A DNA stretch of 63,199 nucleotides, counting the filler, from Atractiella rhizophila (Eukaryota), in assembly GCA_021432655.1 (NCBI GenBank). It is 6 parts of 6 records of this genome, joined end to end, with 100 filler letters (N's around TTAATTAATTAA, not from the genome) between each part and the next. Parts side by side here need not be neighbours in the genome. Positions count along the whole stretch, not along the records: positions 1 to 16,309 come from MU271907.1; 5 more parts are not named here. One strand, 5' to 3'. Positions 1 to 13,021 of this stretch are shown piece by piece (positions within the stretch are counted from its first letter, which is position 1; each line of letters starts with the position of its first letter). A program made the position numbers and the translations under genes. A model generated the notes under the pieces. It worked only from the letters and a program-made list of their open reading frames with translations. It did no database searches and had not been told where the DNA came from.

Positions 1-1529
1 TTCCTCGAAGGCGAAGAGCGCGAAGCTTGGTCAGTGTTCCTCCCCTCGCAACCCCTCTACCTTGGAAGGAAAATTTATCTGTCTGCAGTGAGGAATTTGG
101 TGGATTTGTTCGGAGGCATCAAAGGAGATGGAATGAAGGTCCAGATTGAAGTTACAAAGGAGGTAGTGGCATGGGCAAAGGAAGAGAGAAGGATCTTCCT
201 GAAGCACAATCTGGAGATTCGGCTAGTTTCCCTGTTTGTTTTCTCTCTCCCTCCTAGTTTTGAACCTACCATGCTGACTAGTTCTTTGGGAAGGTACCTG
301 GAATCTTCGGCGTACAGGGAGGCATTGACTCTGATCAATGCGCTCTTGAAGGAGCTGAAAAGGCTGGATGACAAGATGATACTTACCGAAGTCCACCTTC
401 TCGAGTCGAAGGTGCATTACAGCCTGGTCAACTTTTCCAAATCCAAAGTATATCTATGCCGCTACCTTCCTCTTCATCACGGATGCTGAACTTCGCTTTT
501 GGAATTCTAGGCTGCTCTCACCTCTGCAAGGACTGCCGCGAATGCAATCTACTGCCCTCCCCTCCTCCAAGCTGAGCTTGATCTCCAGTCTGGCATCTTA
601 CATTCTCAAGACAAGGACTACAAGACAGCGTCAGTCCTATTCCCTCCTCTCTTCCTTCCCATTTGATCTGATGGCATTTGTGACAGTTATTCCTACTTCT
701 TTGAATCCCTAGAAGGATTCTCATCTCAAGATTCCCCTCTGGCAGTGAACGCTTTGAAGTACATGCTCCTTTGTAAAGTCATGCTCAACCTTGTTCGTCC
801 CTTCAGCTCTCTATCCCTCGGCTAACGTTTGGACACGATAGCCGGAAGACGTCTCTTCCATCGTAACGAGCAAACTAGCATTGAGGTACACAGGGTCAGA
901 TGTCGACGCCTTGAAGGCTGTTGCCGCCGCACATAAGAACCGGAATCTATCTGAGTTCCAGGCGGCGACGCAGAAATATCGCAAAGGTCTTTTCTCTCCA
1001 TTACTCCAATTAATTTGGCCCTTATGGTGCTTATGTCGATATAGAGCTGCTTGATGATGCCATGGTAAAGAATCATCTCGGAGGACTTTATGACACACTC
1101 CTCGAACAGAACTTGGTCAGAATTGTGGAGCCTTATTCGAGAGTAGAGATTTTACATGTCGCAGAGACAATTGGACAACCAGTGAGGGAGGTAGAAGCCA
1201 AGTATGTCATTCCTCCTTGTTGCCTTCTTGCTCTGATCGAGATGGCAACAGACTCAGTCAAATGATATTGGATAAAGTCTTTTATGGGGTTATAGACCAA
1301 GGAGAAGGATGCTTGATTGTCTATGATGAACCCGAGGAGGATGTATGTGTCGTTCCCTCTTCAGCATCTGAATGCTTACCGACATGCCATTACAGGAAAC
1401 TTACGACGCAACGCTTGAAACGCTCAAAAACGTGAGCACGGTCGTTGATAATTTGCACGCAAAGGTCTGTCGCTCTTATGTCTAGTACTCCTAACTGATG
1501 CACACCCAAAGGCATTGAAGCTGAGATGA
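1..1529 (+). CDS. RPN6: 26S proteasome lid subunit Rpn6 (PCI domain), multi-exon, 5' part outside window
   Basis: Spliced exons give [105 protein letters not shown]. Stop TGA at 1527-1529. Confidence 0.96.
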
Positions 1530-1698
1530 GAAATGTGTGCTAGCAGCTGATGAGTGGTGTAGTTACAGTCAGGTCTTTACTTCATAACAGCAATCACATT
1601 ACCGATGATCTTTTGTCGAGACATATCCCAAAATCAGAGAGTGAGTCCCTGAAGTTTCTGCATTTGTAGGTTCTCAATTCCACGAGAGAATCCACGAC

Positions 1699-3258
1699 TC
1701 AGGCTGCTGGTGAAGCTTCGGATAACAAGATAGACTTTGCCACCTCCCATGTTCTCTCATTCACCTTGACCCCAGAATCTTTCAGGATTTCGTTTATAGG
1801 ATCAGCGTTCTGACCATTTTTCTCAGCCTAGTCGAATGGAGTCTAGTTGAATCGACAGCTTACCTTGGGCGGCGCTTGAAAGATGACATGCTCCAAACTT
1901 CCCAAATTGCCATCCATAATGCATTTAATCAGTGTTTGCATCCTCCTCGGTGACCCACTGGAGTGTCTTATTTTCAGTACCTGTAGTGTAGCCATCGAAA
2001 GATCAAAGTCGATATCCGGATCAACCTGACTCTTGTCTGACGCAGACAGTTCAACTGCTCGAAGATTCGTTGCCACGCCCTTGAAAGCATTAAAATCCGG
2101 TATTTTCCCAGAATATTCCAGTATTTTGAGATTCGGAAGGGGTAATAGCGGCACTGCGCCGTCGATGCTGCATCTCTCGACTCGGAGCTGAATTGTTGTC
2201 CTCAAGAGCATATCAACAGCGAGCGAGTCCGACAACTCACAGCCTGTGATACGCAACATAGAAAGTGAAAATTTGTAGGGATCCTTATGCGGACGATTGA
2301 TTGCGTAGTTCTCGATATGGAGACTTTGTAGAGAGTTGAACTTGTCCAATTCTGGTATGACTAGCGTAAGCTCATGTTGATGCACATGAGGCTGAAGAAG
2401 CCGCTGCTGAATCCAAAGGTAACGAAGGTTGGAGAGGGCTGGAAGCACGGCATTCTCGACTTCAATTAACGAGAGTTCGGTCAGGTTGATAAAAGAAAGT
2501 AGGATTCCAGGGAGGTTGTCATCGTTGACGAGGAGTTGTAAATTAAGCGAAAGCTGCCTCAACGAGATTTTCAAAGATTCACTTGGTCGAAAATGGCGTT
2601 TATTGAGATCCTGGAATTGCTGCATGAAGTTTTTTTGGGGACCACGGTGGGTTCCAAAATGGAGAGATTTCAGCGCTGGTGCTTCGAAGGAACCGTTCAT
2701 GAACGTCCACGATGGTATAGGAAAGTCTGTAAGCTCCATGATCTCGAGCTTGGAGAAGCCACCATAAAGGTGCGGCATGACTATTGACAGGTCGAGGTAA
2801 TACCCGTGAACTTTTAGCTCTCGCAGATTTGGTAAAAGGGGTATTTTTGTTGGCACGTAGTCAAGATGGTGTATCGTAAGACTGAGTAAACGCATGCGGG
2901 CTTCTTTCGGAAGATCACTGAGACGATGAAGGGCATCTTTTCGCCTGTTGCTACTTCTGCTGTGTGCGCTGTCGCGAGTGAGAAATCTCTCGGTGAACGG
3001 AAGGATCGTAAGGTGTCGCAATGCCTTGGCGGCTTGAACATTTCGTTGCAGTGCAGAAATAAACCCCAGCGTATGTTCGGCGCGAAAGGCGACATCGGTA
3101 TAAAGTACAGAGAGCACGAGAGGATGCAGACCCTTGCTGAGGGGTAACGCATTGCAGAAATCTGGACTCGTCACATCGGAATCTGTATTGAGGTGTTGGA
3201 AGATAGCCCGAATTAGCTCCGTGGGAAGCAAAAGAAAAGTGCTCGAAGTCCACGTCAT
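1699..3258 (-). CDS. F-box-like / leucine-rich-repeat (RNI-like) protein
   Basis: 471-aa ORF with N-terminal LLLPTELIRAIFQHL and many LxxLxL repeats. A probable short last exon (1699-1827) follows a GTAAGC donor at 1863; otherwise the ORF ends at 1843. Confidence 0.65.
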
Positions 3259-4263
3259 TTCTGATGGTAGTGAAGTCGCTTATCCCGGACTAGAGGGAGA
3301 GTTCGAAGTGGGAATAAACGTTTGGTGGGCAAACACCGAAGCGGCTTAGTGAAAAGGAACTAGGGCAGCAGACTAGTGGTTTTGTAATGAAAAAAATGCG
3401 CTTTCAACACTATAATTGACCCAAAGTACACTAAGCAAGCACCTGAGGATGAGAGAAATAAGTAAGAAGTCAAATGAAAGTGTAGGATGCTCACAGCACG
3501 AGTGAGGGATGATATTTTCATCTAAAACTTCCCCTTTTATAGCTTTTCTCCTCTCCAGCACTCCACCTGGCTCCACCCCCTTTTCCTCCTCAACCTCTGA
3601 TCTCCTACATCCTTCCCCTAAGTCCTACGTTGCCCTATTTCCTTTTATCTTGCCCAGATTTTCTATCTTGTTCAATCGCCATTGTCTTCTCATTTAAGGT
3701 TAAGATGGAGTTTTCTATTCGTCCTTGTTCTATCTTGAATTGGCCTTTGTCTGCTTTTCCTTGTTCCGATTGAATTAACAACATGGTTGCGGAGTTATGC
3801 GTTGCGGTGAAGTACGTAATTTGGTTGGCGTTTGTAGTGAATTAGGCTGTTTGTCTCGCACGTGTCCGTCCTTGACGTACAGTTGTCACGTGATAGTATG
3901 TACGGACGGGACGGGGTACGTCATGTCCCTCCTGTTTGCCGAGTCGCCCCCGACGAGTTCAAACTCCTTGATAGGACCCTGATGCTACGTTGGTCAGATC
4001 GTTCTCGTTAACCTGCCCTTCCAGTCTCAATATATGGCGCTTCCATGTCCTTCGTCAACCTCCGCGGAAGTTTCAACCATCACGTTCTTGAACCTTCCCC
4101 CTTTTTCGTATTGCAAGCTGTCGGGTCTTAAGGAGCGACTAGCGAGCTACGATTTAGGCGGCGAATTTTTAATTTTTGAGTGAACTTTGCACGGGGTTTC
4201 AGTCAACCCTAGATCGTTTCTGTCTGCTTCCGCGCTGACTAGTGAGAGTTCTCGCTTTCTCCC

Positions 4264-6787
4264 TTACGTGCGGTGAGAGTGAGTATTCTTTCTGACAGAT
4301 TTTGGCGTCGAAGGGGCTTTGAGGGTTGAACTTGAGCAGATGGCTGCAGATATCTTTTTGCGTAGGACTCGTTTGCAGACTGGTGAACGTTTGATAGAGT
4401 TTCCTGGTACGTCCTTCCTTCTGAGTGATGCGCTGGGTTGGTAGTTCGTTTTCCTGTATGGATCCCAGCGAATTGGAGTGTTCTTGGTGATGTTGCGAAA
4501 CCCTCCTGTCGATTTTAAATATGGGCCGGAGAAAATCATGTTCTTGAACCTCGCCTTGTCAAAAGCTCGACATTTTCTACCTCGTTCATCAAGTCTTGTT
4601 GCAGCAATGAAAGGGCATGCGTACCTTCTGACGCATAACGTAAAGTACTATCCTCTGCCAGAACACTATAAAATGGTTGGTTAGAACCGCGAGAAAGCGC
4701 GGCGATGGAATTTGCGTATTGCCACATTGGATCTTTTTGACAGGTCGGATCCCAAGAAAGGATGAGTCCAACATAGTTGTGTTTGCCTGTTCAAAAGATT
4801 AGAGCCTTTGGGACACCTAGGAAGGATGTTGGATACGGACGATGTTTAAAAACCTGTCCCACTTTAAACGCAGGATCGGCGCCAGGTTTTCTCAGTCTCA
4901 CTTCCTCGCTAGTCTTGTGTGGCTCCCTCTCCAATTCATCGCACGTTTCGCGAAGTTGTGTATATATCCAACCTCCATCCTCCATCTCTGCTTGAGGACC
5001 ACCTTTCAAAATCCATTTCCTTACTACTCTTCCTCCGCTCATCCAATAATTCGACAAACAGCCGCAAAACCACGAGAGGAGATTCCCGAACATGGCTTCC
5101 TGCTTACACCATTCCGTGTGCAGGACTGCCATGATGGAAGTGACGAGGAGAGGATTGAAGATGTTCCACGTGTTGATATGTGGTGCGGGAACATGAGGAA
5201 ACTGAGGATGTTGAGCCCTCAAGGCGCGTTGTTGCTCCAGGAGAAAAGCTGTCGAGACAAGATTATTCGATTGTCGAAACATGATGAAATCTAGGTTATT
5301 CTCTGGGTTCATCCACATCCCCAACATGTCCCGAAGCATTCCACTTTCTCCTTCAGGAGGAATTTCCATAAATTTTGACCAATCCGTAATTCGTGAAACT
5401 GGCTTTGAACCGTCGATCAGAGAGAAGTAGAACTTGCGTTCTACTCGTGTTCCACGCCATTTGTCGGAAGGGAGAGTCACAGCGACATCTTCTTGTAAGT
5501 CTCGCCGCTGCGTTAGTTGGATGTAGGCACGTCGGTTCACCTTTACCATGGATCCTTCCCGAGACAGTTCTTCCCATATCCACCGGACCTCCCCAACCTC
5601 CACCTCTTCTCGTTGATCCTCCAATGAATCCTCGAAAGGCACGCAAACGAGGATGTGATTCGGAAACTCGATAGGCTCGATCATCATTTTCTTTCCCTTG
5701 TATCTCATGTTGAGGGTCTGGAATAGGAAGATGAACACACAGGCGGAGACCATGGGGATCGCTTTATGGTTCGAGGGGGAGGATTCGTGCAGGGTTCGAT
5801 AGAGAGAGCGCGTTGAGGTGTCGTTGTGAACATCGGTCCCTGCGCTCGGACCAAAACCTTCAAGCTTGAGGAAGTCTGAGATGTGAGAACATGCGCGGAA
5901 GACATCAGCTTTCGTGACGTTTTCAGCAGGAAATCGAAAGCCTTCTTGTTCGATCCGAGCTCGAAAACGCCTTGAAAGGTCGTTCATAAGCTTCCTCAAC
6001 TGAAAGCGGCAATCAGAACAGACGCAAGTGGGCAACAAGTACCCACCTCATACTCCACGTCCTTCGTCTCCATGTCTATTCCTTCATCAAGAAACCACTC
6101 TCCATCCCCAATCTCTCCTGCAACAGCGAACCCGACTATCATCTCAACAAAGCCACTTCGCCCTTCCATTGTGAGAGCCCTCTCCCAAATTTCCAAAACT
6201 CTCTCCCAGTTACAATTCCTCAACAGGGACCGCGACAGTTCTCTTCTCTTAAGAAATAATCCCTGAGATAATGAAAATAGCTCCTCTGTCGACTGGGCCG
6301 GAGGTAGACAGGGAGGAAGTGGACGCGACAGCAGGTAGCAGAACAGATCTTGAGGGACATAGTTCCTCTCCGTATTTGAGAGCTCCTCCAAAGCACCAAA
6401 CGGGTCGTCATCCAAACTGGTCCAAATGCTCAAGTCACAGCGATGCCAGCGTCCATAGACACGCCTCCAAGCTCCTTCCACTAGCGCGCCGTCTTTTGTT
6501 TTCTCTTGATGCACAAGCAGCTTCCTGTAGGATCTTTGCCATCTCAATTCAACCAGGGGGAGAAACAGTCGCACGTCTAGCGAGTTGATTAGATTCTTGA
6601 AGAGATGACATGTTCGAAGCAGAGAGATGAAGGAGGTCGCGCTAGCGTGAAAGACAAGACCTGTGCCTGTGGACGGAGGACGGATGGAGAGGTCGGGAAG
6701 GAGAGATTTGAATATTAGGGCAAGCAATTCGGGAGGGAAGGTCATCATTGCTTCTTTGTTTTTCCTCCTACAGAGAGAATCAGCCAT
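4264..6787 (-). CDS. FBXO21-like protein: F-box-like N-terminus, SirB1/transglutaminase-like middle, C-terminal YccV/HspQ-like domain
   Basis: FPPELLALIFKSL (F-box-like); PIEFPNHILV (SirB1-like FPxH); FKVGQVFKHR and RGSNQPFYSVLAEDSTLRYASE.NV (YccV-like). The 3' end is uncertain (4264-4536). Confidence 0.7.
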
Positions 6788-7141
6788 CTGCCTTCTGCTA
6801 CGAGTTATGTGCGGGACGGAAAGAAATGTCTCGAATCATGACCATGTAAGCCGCTCGCTCCGTTCATTCTGCGTTACATTGGACCGAGCCTGGAACCGCG
6901 TCCCGTCTGCTGTGGCTAATCCAGAACAAGGCAGCGTGTAAGAGAGGGAATGAATGGGAAATTGAATCCCATCTTCCCCCAACTACACGCGCGACCACGA
7001 ATTGAGGCCCGGCGGATGACAATCATTCCGCGGCGAACGCACCACAGTTGTGGAGGAAGCGCCACTTTGTGGCTTCCCACTGGACCCTCAAAATGCATAT
7101 GACAGTGATGGGATGTGTTTGGACACCGAGAAGCAATTGGT

Positions 7142-7475
7142 TGTTGAATGAGAACAACATCGACCACGCGCAATGATCGCAACTTCGAATTTTTGTTACC
7201 CAAACATCGTCCAGTCCAGCGGTTTTTCGTTTTACATTTCGAGGTTCAGAGCATCAAAGGCCTTCAGGCATTCGTTCTGAGGAAGAGCAAATCGAAAGAC
7301 GAAATAAACGGAAGACTAATGAGTTGAATAGAGCATTGAAAGGGGATTCGAAAAAGTAAGTCATCTATGTCTATTGGAGTGCAGTGATTTTAAGAATTTC
7401 AAAATTTTCTAGTAAACGTCGAAGAGAAAAGGCTAAGCAAAAGCGGAATGTTTAGCTTTGAAAATGAAACCAATA
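7142..7475 (-). repeat. Candidate 3' LTR of the Gypsy element, preceded by a polypurine tract
   Basis: On the minus strand, AGGAGGGAGGAGA (7476-7488) lies ~120 bp after the pol stop. It is followed by TATTGG...TTCAACA, i.e. TGTTG/CAACA-like termini with one mismatch. No second LTR copy in the window. Confidence 0.4.
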
Positions 7476-7608
7476 TCTCCTCCCTCCTGTTTGAATTCTT
7501 TGCCTGTATTTATACCGTTTTCGTATTTCTAGTCTATATTTCCCTCGTTTTTATATGGTGTTATTATTTTTCCTTTGTTATTTTTGTATTTTTTTCCACA
7601 TCCTCCAT

Positions 7609-10050
7609 TTATCCCCAAACATAGTCTTCATCCAGCTGTTTCTTCTTTGGATTTCGCCGCAATGTATACGTCCTCCCTCCTGTTTTCACGACTGGCCCCC
7701 CAGTCTGAGCCTCCTGTCCCTGTACTGGTTGTGTAGCTTTCCTTTGTCCCTGATCGTCTTCGTTTTGTGAGATTAAGTCTTCCTCATCCGTCTCCTCCTC
7801 TTTGTCCCTCTCACGTTCCTCCTCAATCCTCCGTTTCGCCCAAGCCGTTAGAGTCTCTTCGATCAGCTCACCCTCTCCATCATCCACCACCGCTGTTGTT
7901 ACACCATCGTCCACCAATTGTTTCCTTAAGTAGTACCGTCTAAGTCGTTTTGCTGCCACTAATCCATCGATTGCTGTCCCATCCAACTCCTCCAACAAAT
8001 AAGATCCCCTGTCCTTTCGTTCCTTGATTTTGTAGGGCCCAAACCATCCTGTACGTAGCTTCTTACTATGAGCCATTTCTAACCTTGCATTCTGCTTCAA
8101 AACTAACATTCCCGGCTCCAGAGGGTCTCGAATTTTATGTGCGTTTCGTCGATCAAGGTATGTCATCCCTTCCTCCCTGGCTTTTCTCAATTTCCTGACC
8201 ACCCTTTCTAGATCTTCATCTCGTGCCTCGATTTGCCTCATCCTTGCCGCAATTAAATCCTTCCTCGACATAGTCTCCTCAAATTTAGGTATATAGAATG
8301 TCAAGAGTTCGAAGTCGACAGGTAATAGTGGGTCACAACCCAAAAGTAGTTGAAATGGTGATAGGTTTGTGGTCCTTTGTGTTGACACTCGTTCCGCGAA
8401 TAATGCCCTGTTGAGGTGTAGGTGCCATTCCCATGGTCTGTCGCTACTGGCTTTCTCAATTGCCTTTACGATCTCCTGATGCCCTCTTTCGACTCGTCCA
8501 TTTGCTTCTGAGTGATAAGGTGTTGGATTGATGTACTTGCTCCCGCTCATTAAAATTGCAGCCTTCGCCTCTCCCCGAAATTCAGGTCCTCCATCCACAA
8601 CATAGCATCCAAACGGTCCCCATCGCCATTTCACTTCCTCCACAAATCTCGCAATATCCTTTGCTCGAATCCTTTTCAACGCCTTCCCTTCTGGCCAACC
8701 AGTCAAATCATCCTTCAATAACAATAAGTAGGGGTATAGTCCCACTCCCATATGCACAACGTCCATTCCAACCTTTGAAAAGATGCCCGTGGGTACAGTT
8801 GCTTGGTGCGTTTCTTCCTCAGTCGTTCTTGCATTTTTCTGACATGCATCACAGCTACGAACATATTTCCCAACCCATCTCTTCATGCCAGGCCACCATC
8901 CTCTTGATTTCAGCCTTCTGTAAGTCTCTTGTTGTCCTCGATGGCCTAAGTCTTCATGTACTGATTTTGCAAATGCTCTACGTTCTTCTTCCCTATCGAC
9001 TACCCTAACAGTTCTTGCATTTTTCTGACATGCATCACAGCTACGAACATATTTCCCAACCCATCTCTTCATGCCAGGCCACCATCCTCTTGATTTCAGC
9101 CTTCTGTAAGTCTCTTGTTGTCCTCGATGGCCTAAGTCTTCATGTACTGATTTTGCAAATGCTCTACGTTCTTCTTCCCTATCGACTACCCTAACGTGAA
9201 TCCCATCTTCCTTCCTTCGCCACAGTTCTCCCTCCTGTAAAAAGAAATCCCCAGCTCTCCGTTTAACCCTTTCGAACGCTTTGTCAGAAATACCGTCCAT
9301 TCGCTGAAGTGTCTGCAGAAATCGTCCTAACGCTGCGAATTGTGGATCTGGATAGTTATGTGAGTTGAAATTGACCCCCTGCCGCTCCAGTTGGTTGACA
9401 TTAAGTTGCAGATTCCCAATCACTTTCTTTTCCTCTTCCTCCACCATATCTTCTGCACTCCTTGCTGGTTCGTCGTGTTCTGTTCTTGCTACTCGAGATA
9501 AGGCGTCTGGTAAAAGGAATTGTGCCCCCGGATGATGTCTAATATCGAATGTAAATAGATGAATAAAGGCATTCCATCGTGCCATTGGTGCATTTGGAAG
9601 GTTGGGTGAGTTTATCATCTGCACTAGAGATATAGCGTCGATGACAAGGGTGAAGTGGGTTCCCCAGAGATCATGTCGCAATTTCGCAAATATCTTCGCC
9701 ACCCCAGCCAGTTCCAGTTTCGATTGTGAGTACCTCTTCTCGACTTCCGTGAAACTTATTGACTCGTATTTGACCGGTTGCGGTTTTCCACGTTCATCCT
9801 CCTGTGCCAAAACTCCTCCTGCTGCGACTTGACTTGAATCTACCATTAAGATAATTTTTCCTGCTCCTGGACCTCGATTTAGTGCTTTCAGAAGGATGTC
9901 TGCTCCAACTATCAGTTTCAGCCTTTCGAATGCCTCTTGTTGTTTCTTCCCCCAAAACCATTCTTGTTTATTCTTCAATAATATCCTCAAAGGCGCCGTT
10001 TCGTCTGAGAATTTGGGAATGAAAACTCGAACAAAGGTCACCGCTCCGTT
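7609..10050 (-). mobile_element. Ty3/Gypsy LTR retrotransposon pol, 3' part: RT thumb, RNase H, integrase (HHCC, DDE, GPY motif), no chromodomain
   Basis: 810-aa ORF. RNase H: MVDSSQVAAGGVLAQ..YSQSKLELAG. Integrase: HEDLGH..CDAC, GMDVVHM..VDGGPEF..NGRVERGH, WFGPYKI. The RH-IN order is Gypsy-type. Confidence 0.95.
8825..9195. repeat. Exact 186-bp-period tandem duplication (62 codons) in the integrase zinc-binding domain
   Basis: 8825-9009 is repeated at 9011-9195. The protein shows VRVVDREEERRAFAKSVHEDLGH...CDACQKNART twice. Confidence 0.97.
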
Positions 10051-11099
10051 AAAGGTACGTAATCTTCTTCGCCCTGAATGCCATAGACCTCTTTTTGACC
10101 GTTAAACGACGGGTAGACAGCTCTATCATCCTTACCTAACGCCTATACTTCCCTTCTCCTATTGGTGTTCCTTCGCCTTGTTTTAAAATCTAACCGGGGT
10201 TGGTTGTCTACAAGTGCTTAACNNNNNNNNNNNNNNNNNNNNNNNNNGAGCGTCTAGCCGGAGTCAACAGGCAAGGTGTGTCAGCTCTTAACTCGAAATA
10301 CTTGTATTGGCCGTTGCTTAGGAGGAGCAGACTCTCAAGTTATAATGCCCTGGCTAGCATATAGTAAATATAAACTAGCCTAGAAGCGTACACATACAAT
10401 AGCCTGAAGCTCAAATCCTGCAAAAGATTCGAGTCTGCAATCACACGTAGTGGAGGAGACGAAATGCGACATGAGAAACAGCTTGGTGCACGAGAGAGCT
10501 GCGCTGTCGCTTGCAGTCACCACCTGGTAATTAACTTCACGCGCTTTCTTGATCTCCCACTTCTATTCGAATGGCTGCTGACCACTGCGGTATAAAGTGG
10601 AAGGATTTTGATCGACAACAGATGAACAAAGGTTACGCCACAGCTTGGGCTCATAAGAAATATTTATAAGTCAAGGTTGAGTTCGACGACTCACCTAAAT
10701 TGTTCAACTTCAACCCTCCCCTCTGGAAACAGCTCAACACACAACGTACTACTCCTGAGTTAGACTTTGTTCTGTTACCTGTAGTCATGAACTTCAGGCT
10801 ACACAATGGATGACTCGCGAGACAAACCTTAGTGCAGGTTCTCTTATCAATTCCACCTCAGCATAAAACGCACTGAATATAAGCATGCCGTCGGTGACTC
10901 CAGGGTTCTCTTGTCAGCGCTGTAAACAGGTGAGGCGTGACATTTGTGAGCGGATACATGTTGATGCCACTGTGCGATGGGACAGCCCCTCCAGCTTGAT
11001 GAGTCCTTGCAAGACTTACAGCCGTCAACCTACGATCTAATTTCGTGTAGGTCCTCCAACTCTGCTCAGAAATAGCGAATAACTGAAGAATAATCACAA

Positions 11100-12789
11100 C
11101 TATTGGGACAGCAACCGTATCTATACCGTCTATCGCCACGACTGCTCCACCTTCAACACCATCCCGCACAACCTCATCGTCAGCCCTCCCGTCTACCTCC
11201 CTCCATCCAAAGCGCATACAAGCCTTCCTCCCGCTATCCTACCGCACAATCAACGACCACGAGCGTCAACATAGGCGCCTCTTCTTCCTCTTCCAACACA
11301 CCAACCGTTGCATCCCCTTTCCAGCTGGACATGGACCAGCTGAGAGTTTTGTCCTTCTTTCCGACTCGCAGATCGTCCCTCCTCCTCAACCATCGCCACA
11401 CGTGCCCAAATCCACCCTTTCCAATCGTCTCAAAACTTCTTCACGTCTATTCTCTTTGTTGTCGAAGAACTCTTCCATCGACCATCCCCTCTGTTCGGAA
11501 TGCACTCAGCTGTTACTAGATGGCATGAGCGCTGAGGTGGAAGAGGTTCGCAAGGAAGTGGAACGATACAAAGGATTCGAAGGAGACGTTTTAAGGCGAC
11601 GGAAGGAGAAGGGAAGAGTGGGAGTGGATGGATTAGAGCAGGAAATCAGGGCATTGAGGGAGAGGGAACAGAGTGTGAGAGAGGAAGTGGGGAGATTGAG
11701 GAGAAACTAACGGGCTGGAAGGAGAGATAGGTGAATTGGAGAGAGAAGAAGAGGAGCTGGAAAGGGAGGAGGAGGCGTAGGTTATCTTCTCGCACCTTTA
11801 CGAAACTGATGATGCGAATGGATAAGGTTTTGGAGATCGCACAACGCTTACCTCACCGACCTGGAGCGCTATACCACCCGCTCTCGTTCATTGTTAACGA
11901 GGTACAAACATGACTCTCAAGCTCTTGAGAAATTGCAGAGGACCAACGTTTATAGTTCGTCGTGTCCTCCCTAGCGCAGTTTCGCTCACCGTAACTGTGT
12001 AGATGACGCGTTCTGTATTGGCCATGAAGGTGGTTTGGCGACTATCAACGGCCTCCGTCTAGGCAGACTTCCAAATCTACCTGTACGTCGTTTTGTATTG
12101 ACACAAATGAGCACTCACGAAATAATTGTCAGGTGGATTGGCCAGAACTCATGCAGCATGGGGACAGACTCTCTTGCTCCTCGTCACTATCGCACGTAAG
12201 CTCGACTGCACCTTCACATCGTCCGTCATCTCCACACCCCACTTCTGCTGCAATCTGAAATGAATGGTGCAGGTATAAGCCAATTCCCCAAGGCTCTTTT
12301 TCACGCCTCGAGAAGTTATCCGATCATTCCATATTAGAACTGTTTGTCATCCTTTCAACCTTTACAAAAAAAGCAGTCAAGCTTAAGGGAGATATGGTTA
12401 GTTACGGTTCAGGAGACTTTGGTGTCGGCCGCCTTTTTCTCAATCGGCGCTTCGATCATGCAATGGTAGCTTTCCTCGAGCTCCTGAGGCAGTTGATGGA
12501 CCATGCGATGGAGAGAGGAGGGAAAAGCAGAGGCTTGAGGTTGCACCATCAGTATGCTTTTCCACCCTTCTAAAGTATGCGATGATGACATTGCCGTGAT
12601 GAACAGAGTCGTTAAGGACAAGATTGGTGACGTTTCAATCAAACTCCAGTTTGGAAGTGATGAGACTTGGACAAGAGCGCTGAGACACGTCCTTCTTAAT
12701 GTGAGTCAATCTGATTGGAAGCACGATCAGATTTTAACACACGCGAACAGATGAAGATTCTGCTGGCTTTCGCAAGTGAATATATGTAG
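11100..12789 (+). pseudogene. ATG6: Atg6/Vps30/Beclin-1 homologue, 5'-truncated and frameshifted, introns retained
   Basis: ESFVLL, IDHPLCSEC, LEKLQRTNVYNDAFCIGHEG..TINGLRLGRLP, WGQTLLLL, RRFDHAMVAFL, SIKLQFGSDETWTRALR. Frame breaks near 11700 and 12150. No N-terminal CxxC start found. Confidence 0.8.
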
Positions 12790-13021
12790 CACTGTGTAGT
12801 ATGGTAATTAGACAGTTGCATATTCTACGGCCTTGCGAACTCAGCTTGGTGATGATTTAAAGTGACCCTTGCTAAACCCTATCAAACACAAAAATAAGAC
12901 AATAATTGATATGTTCGTGCAAACAGCAGCGCACACAAGAAAACATGTACATTGCTAATGAAGCTAAAAAGGAGCAAAGGTTGAACACATTGAAGTACGA
13001 TGAGGTAACAGAAGGGGAAAT

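Noticed and set aside
3778..3800. CAACA followed by TGGTTGCGGAG, like an LTR end plus primer-binding site
   Set aside because: No gag ORF downstream and no matching LTR in the window.
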